Below are positions 57,671-61,296 of a stretch of DNA of 61,296 bases, one piece after another. Origin of the DNA: Bacteroidales bacterium (lineage in GTDB: Bacteria > Bacteroidota > Bacteroidia > Bacteroidales > WCHB1-69); contig JAFYEU010000049.1 in NCBI GenBank assembly GCA_017544105.1, positions 1 through 61,296 on the forward strand. Direction: 5' to 3'. Made by a program: the position numbers and the translations under genes. The notes beneath the pieces are model-generated. The model worked only from the letters and a program-made list of their open reading frames with translations, was not told the DNA's origin and did not search any database. The stretch's first letter is position 1. Each line of letters opens with the position of its first letter.

Positions 57671-57678
57671 CAAAGATA
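57671..57678 (-). promoter_or_regulatory. Putative -7 box (TATCTTTG on minus strand) for rseP and the PLP-enzyme gene
   Basis: CAAAGATA on the plus strand, 28 nt upstream of the rseP start. Confidence 0.5.
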
Positions 57679-57738
57679 GAAAAAAATGTGATATGATTTT
57701 TTCTCCTTCTTCCTTTTGTGTCAATCACAATAATTTGT

Positions 57739-57746
57739 TATTTTTG
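57739..57746 (+). promoter_or_regulatory. Putative -7 box TATTTTTG for the hypothetical membrane protein / ugd unit
   Basis: TAnnTTTG match 29 nt upstream of the ATG at 57775, inside the longer ORF-track frame. Confidence 0.5.
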
Positions 57747-57774
57747 CACTCTGTTTTTAGGATCGTTTGAGACA

Positions 57775-58419
57775 ATGGATGAACAAGAGAAATCGGTGCC
57801 GGAAGGGAAATCCAGAAAAAGCCTCTTCGGGTTTGTGTGTGTGCTGGCAGGACTGCTGCTGGGCGCTTTCGTGATGTTGCTCATCTTCAACATGAAGGGG
57901 CTGCATCGCCGCACCAGCGAGGTGCGCATTATCGAACGAGACACCACCAGTGCCCGCGACACGGTGGTCATCATCCATGAGTTCAAGAATCCAGCCCGCC
58001 AGGAACAGCCCGCCGACACCCTCCCGGTGGATACGCTCGCCCTGGAGGAGGAGAGCCAGGACCTGCTGCTGGCCTATCCCGATGATCTGGATGAAGGCAT
58101 GCCCACTTCGGTGTCCTCGGAGGTGATGCTCGACAAGATGACCCCTAAAGTCATCGTGTGGGATAACAACCGGAACGAGGTCCAGAGTGCCGAAAGGTCG
58201 GAGAATTACCAAGTCCAGCTCTGGAGCACCCCCTTCAAGAACCGCATGGAGTATCAGTTTGAGGGCAACGTCATCAAGGTCAAAGGCCTGATGATTGACA
58301 ACCTGAAGCTCCTCCGCTATAAAAATGAACTATTCCTCGTCTCCCAGAAGAGGATCTATCCCATCCACCCGAACAAACAGTTTGAGAAACTTGTGGAGAC
58401 GCATGATTTCACCCTCTAA
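57775..58419 (+). CDS. Hypothetical single-pass membrane protein (214 aa)
   Basis: MDEQEKS... with one TM helix (LFGFVCVLAGLLLGAFVMLLIF), an acidic linker and a C-terminal globular region. I do not recognise a family. Confidence 0.55.
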   Translation: MDEQEKSVPEGKSRKSLFGFVCVLAGLLLGAFVMLLIFNMKGLHRRTSEVRIIERDTTSARDTVVIIHEFKNPARQEQPADTLPVDTLALEEESQDLLLAYPDDLDEGMPTSVSSEVMLDKMTPKVIVWDNNRNEVQSAERSENYQVQLWSTPFKNRMEYQFEGNVIKVKGLMIDNLKLLRYKNELFLVSQKRIYPIHPNKQFEKLVETHDFTL

Positions 58420-58434
58420 TTTTCAGTGGTTTTT

Positions 58435-59682
58435 ATGATGAAGAAAAAGATAGCAGTCGCCGGGACCGGATATGTGGGATTGAGTATTGCCACGTTGTTG
58501 GCTCAGCATAATGAGGTGATGGCTGTGGACATCGTCCCCGAGCGCGTGCAGATGGTCAACGACCGGAAGTCTCCGATACAGGACGATTACATTGAGGACT
58601 ACCTGGCCCACAAGCCGCTCATGCTGACGGCCACCATGGATGCGGAGGCTGCCTACGGCAGTGCCGACTTCGTGGTCATCGCCACCCCGACCAACTACGA
58701 CAGTGTCAAGAACTTTTTTGATACCAGCGCGGTGGAGAGCGTGATCCGGCAGGTGATGCAGTACAATCCGTCAGCCATCATGGTCATTAAGTCGACCATC
58801 CCGGTAGGCTATACGGAGCACATCCGGGAGGTCACGGGCAGTCGCAACATCATCTTCGCCCCGGAGTTTCTCCGTGAGAGCAAGGCGCTGTACGACAACC
58901 TCTATCCATCCCGTATCATCGTGGGTTACGACCAGTCGGACGCGCATCTGGAGGAGCCGGCCCACACCTTTGCCGAGCTTATCCGTAGCGCCTCGCTGAA
59001 GCCCGATGTGCCTGTCCTTTTCATGGGCAGCACGGAGGCCGAGGCCGTCAAGCTCTTCGCCAATACCTACCTTGCGCTGCGCGTCAGCTATTTCAATGAA
59101 CTGGATACCTACGCGGAGTTAAAGGGACTGGACACCCAGCAGATCATCAATGGTGTCTGTCTTGATCCCCGCATCGGCACGCACTATAACAACCCCTCGT
59201 TCGGCTATGGTGGCTACTGCCTGCCCAAGGACACCAAGCAGTTGCTGGCCAACTATGCCAATGTGCCGCAGAACATGATGAGCGCCATCGTGGAGAGCAA
59301 CCGCACCCGCAAGGACTTCATCGCCGACCAGGTGCTCAAGATGGCCGGCTATTACGACTACTACACCCGCGGCGACTTCGATCAAAACCAGGAGAAGGAG
59401 TGTGTGGTGGGCATCTACCGCCTGACCATGAAGTCCAACTCCGACAACTTCCGCCAGAGCTCCATTCAGGGTGTGATGAAGCGCATCAAGGCCAAAGGGG
59501 CGCAGGTCCTTATCTACGAGCCCACCCTGGCCGACGGCAGCACCTTCTTCGGCAGCAAGGTGGTCAATGATCTGGCTGCCTTCAAGGCTATGAGCCATGC
59601 CATCGTCGCCAACCGTTACGACAGTGTCCTGGATGATGTGAAGGAGAAGGTCTATACGCGAGATATTTTTAATCGGGATTAG
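58435..59682 (+). CDS. ugd: UDP-glucose 6-dehydrogenase (HasB-type)
   Basis: [60 protein letters not shown] and C-terminus [10 protein letters not shown] closely resemble streptococcal HasB as I recall it. Confidence 0.9.
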   Translation: MMKKKIAVAGTGYVGLSIATLLAQHNEVMAVDIVPERVQMVNDRKSPIQDDYIEDYLAHKPLMLTATMDAEAAYGSADFVVIATPTNYDSVKNFFDTSAVESVIRQVMQYNPSAIMVIKSTIPVGYTEHIREVTGSRNIIFAPEFLRESKALYDNLYPSRIIVGYDQSDAHLEEPAHTFAELIRSASLKPDVPVLFMGSTEAEAVKLFANTYLALRVSYFNELDTYAELKGLDTQQIINGVCLDPRIGTHYNNPSFGYGGYCLPKDTKQLLANYANVPQNMMSAIVESNRTRKDFIADQVLKMAGYYDYYTRGDFDQNQEKECVVGIYRLTMKSNSDNFRQSSIQGVMKRIKAKGAQVLIYEPTLADGSTFFGSKVVNDLAAFKAMSHAIVANRYDSVLDDVKEKVYTRDIFNRD

Positions 59683-59735
59683 TGAATAGTGAATTGGAGG
59701 GGCAAACTGCGTCCTCTTAGCTTGATAGAAGTGAA

Positions 59736-59767
59736 AAATTAAGAAATTAAGAAACTAAGAAATTAAG
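59736..59767. repeat. Tandem 8-nt repeat AAATTAAG x4 (third copy AAACTAAG)
   Basis: Read directly: aaattaag aaattaag aaactaag aaattaag, in the ugd / hypothetical-gene spacer. Confidence 0.9.
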
Positions 59768-59783
59768 AACTGGGGTGAGCCTA

Positions 59784-59828
59784 GTTCAAAGTCAATGTTC
59801 AAAGTCAAAGTTTAAAGTCAATGTTCCA
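59784..59828. repeat. Tandem 13-nt repeat GTTCAAAGTCAAT x3 plus a partial fourth copy, overlapping a start codon
   Basis: gttcaaagtcaat gttcaaagtcaaa gtttaaagtcaat gttcca. The ATG at 59821 is formed across the copy 3/4 junction, and an identical ATGTTC occurs at the copy 1/2 junction (59795). Confidence 0.9.
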
Positions 59829-60453
59829 TCGTACCTCTCGTTTTCGGATCCTTTTGGCAGTGTTCTGCCTGTTGGGCGTGTCGTCTGCGCTAAGGGGGCA
59901 GATCGACACCGTGATGGTGGGGAGGATTGTCGAGGCTCAGCTGGAGCAGTACCCGGAGTTGCGGCTACAGGACATCTACAAGACCTTCTATCAGGACCGT
60001 TTCGGGCCGGGGCATCTGTTGGCGGACACCTCCATGGCCATCTATTACTTGAATCAGGAGATGACGGCTGACAGTGCGTGGCTTACTGACGAACTGTTTT
60101 GTGAGCCGACTGGGTTTCAGGGCAACTATGTGCGGGTCTATCTGTCGTGTCTGAAGCCGGGCGGACTGACGGTGCGCCAGCTGGCGGACGCCTTCATCCG
60201 CAGTGCCGGCCAAACGGTAGCGTTGCCCATCTCCTGGGCTGACGAGTGGCATCTGATCTTGCGGATTATTGAACGGGAAGGATGGCAGATGCCGGATTAT
60301 GAGCAGGACAAGGCCTGGATTGAGGAGTTGTTGGGCAAGGGAGACCAGCCCATCACCCACAGCCGTAGTTACAATAGTCATTACCACCCGCACTACCGGA
60401 TAGTAGCGCGGGAGATCTTTGAAAAGGAGATAAGGCCGTTGTTGGAGCGATAG
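59821..60453 (+). CDS. Hypothetical secreted protein (210 aa)
   Basis: Signal peptide MFHRTSRFRILLAVFCLLGVSSALRGQ. Clean ORF. I do not recognise a family. Confidence 0.55.
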   Translation: MFHRTSRFRILLAVFCLLGVSSALRGQIDTVMVGRIVEAQLEQYPELRLQDIYKTFYQDRFGPGHLLADTSMAIYYLNQEMTADSAWLTDELFCEPTGFQGNYVRVYLSCLKPGGLTVRQLADAFIRSAGQTVALPISWADEWHLILRIIEREGWQMPDYEQDKAWIEELLGKGDQPITHSRSYNSHYHPHYRIVAREIFEKEIRPLLER

Positions 60454-60456
60454 GGC

Positions 60457-60675
60457 TTAGCGTGCGCCGCGGCACTCCACCTTCATGTGGGCGCCCCAGG
60501 CTTGGCCATCAAAGTTGTAGTCGGAACATTTCTTTCCACCTTCTGGCTCAAAAGGCTCGTCATAGCCCATGTCGACGCCGTCGAGCCAGGTTCTGCATTC
60601 GCAGTGTTTGTTGCAGGAGGAGGTGCAGAATGCCAGGAGGGCGGTTGCGGCCAATGTCAGGATTACTTTTTTCAT
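60457..60675 (-). CDS. Small Cys-rich lipoprotein (72 aa)
   Basis: Lipoprotein signal MKKVILTLAATALLAFC. The mature ~55-aa part has 6 further Cys (SSCNKHCEC...KKC...VEC). Confidence 0.5.
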   Translation of the reverse strand: MKKVILTLAATALLAFCTSSCNKHCECRTWLDGVDMGYDEPFEPEGGKKCSDYNFDGQAWGAHMKVECRGAR

Positions 60676-60868
60676 GTTGGATTGAGGTTGGACTTCTGGT
60701 TCATTGCCTCTCCGGCGTGTCCGTGCATGGTGCGAAGTCCATGAAACACCACCTGCGGCGCACGACGGTTGTAGAGTTTCTACTATGGATATGATGCAGA
60801 GATAGGGAAAGGTTGCAGGGGAAGGATCCGCTTTTTTTACAATAGTTGGATTATGTCTTGAAAAATGC

Positions 60869-60876
60869 TATTTTTG
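60869..60876 (+). promoter_or_regulatory. Putative -7 box TATTTTTG with no ORF for about 300 nt downstream
   Basis: aaaaatgcTATTTTTGcc closely resembles the promoter cores of tRNA-Leu, porP and the cargo genes. The next plus-strand ATG-initiated ORF starts at 61181. Confidence 0.35.
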
Positions 60877-61180
60877 CCAAAGTAAATGCCACTTCAGTGC
60901 AAAGGTTTTTTATAGTTTAATAATAAAAAGAAGAAATAAAGTAAAGTATTAATAGTTAGTAATATAGCAATATAATATAAAGCGTTTTTGCTTTTCAAGT
61001 GGACCTGAAATCGCCAAATTTCATAATTAACCACGCAAGAAAGCAGGACGCTCACGGTATATCCGTGGGCTTTCTCGTTCGTAATACAGGCAGTCCAGAG
61101 CCTCGACTTTAGACAGAAAGACTCACGGATTCTTTTTTGTGACCGCTCGAAAGGCGAAGCGCCCCAAACGCCAAGCCATT

Positions 61181-61296
61181 ATGAGCACCAAGTTTTTCAA
61201 CAATATCGAGACGAGGCTGATGGACAAGTTCCACGGTATCGCCTCCGCCATGGCCAACTTCGACATCTTCCATGCCGTGGTTGGCTATTTTCGTTC
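61181..61296 (+). CDS. Partial CDS (5' end only), possibly the N-terminus of a PLD-nuclease/helicase-type protein
   Basis: MSTKFFNNIETRLMDKFHGIASAMANFDIFHAVVGYFR runs off the window. The FF-N...L..KF......F(D)I...VGYFR pattern is what I recall at the N-terminus of PLD-domain helicases found in restriction/defence loci. Only 38 codons are visible. Confidence 0.3.
   Translation, partial: MSTKFFNNIETRLMDKFHGIASAMANFDIFHAVVGYFR

Noticed and set aside
59736-59828. Whether the tandem repeats upstream of 59821 could be a degenerate CRISPR array.
   Set aside because: The units are 8 and 13 nt and directly abutting, with no spacers. There is no leader and no cas genes. They are simple tandem repeats.
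1-61296. Scanned the whole window for rRNA, tmRNA, RNase P, IS/transposase, integrase, CRISPR-cas and toxin-antitoxin pairs.
   Set aside because: None was recognised. All intergenic gaps except 60676-61180 are under 400 nt, and the ORF set contains no transposase-, integrase- or Cas-like translations.

Overview
This 61.3-kb window appears to be chromosomal DNA from a member of the Bacteroidota, probably a divergent Bacteroidales-like lineage. Supporting signs are TAnnTTTG-type -7 promoter boxes in front of most transcription units, Bacteroidota-specific DUF families and a type IX secretion system (T9SS). Coding density is high. I call 55 CDS (one is partial at the right edge) and one tRNA-Leu(GAG). 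I found no rRNA, CRISPR array, IS element or integrase. Housekeeping content includes mpl, hflX, glmS, uvrC, rpsL-rpsG-fusA-rpsJ, obg, rpmG, recQ, tnaA, trmD, xseB, PBP1A, nadE, rseP and ugd. The most coherent functional block is a complete T9SS core operon, porP-porK-porL-porM-porN (26.16-32.13 kb). Two predicted T9SS cargo genes with C-terminal sorting domains lie at 39.97 and 47.80 kb. The items most worth a second look are: (1) an unclassifiable ~1,150-aa predicted outer-membrane beta-barrel directly upstream of the T9SS operon; (2) a tightly overlapped xseB-methyltransferase-trmD-ATP-grasp-O-antigen-ligase-like operon; (3) a small cargo gene translationally coupled to a Cthe_2159-like beta-helix protein; (4) two tandem-repeat arrays that overlap the start codon of a secreted hypothetical protein; (5) broken ribosomal-protein synteny around obg; (6) a lone transketolase C-terminal subunit fused into an ECF-sigma module. 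All functional calls come from reading the translated ORFs by eye, and no database search was run.
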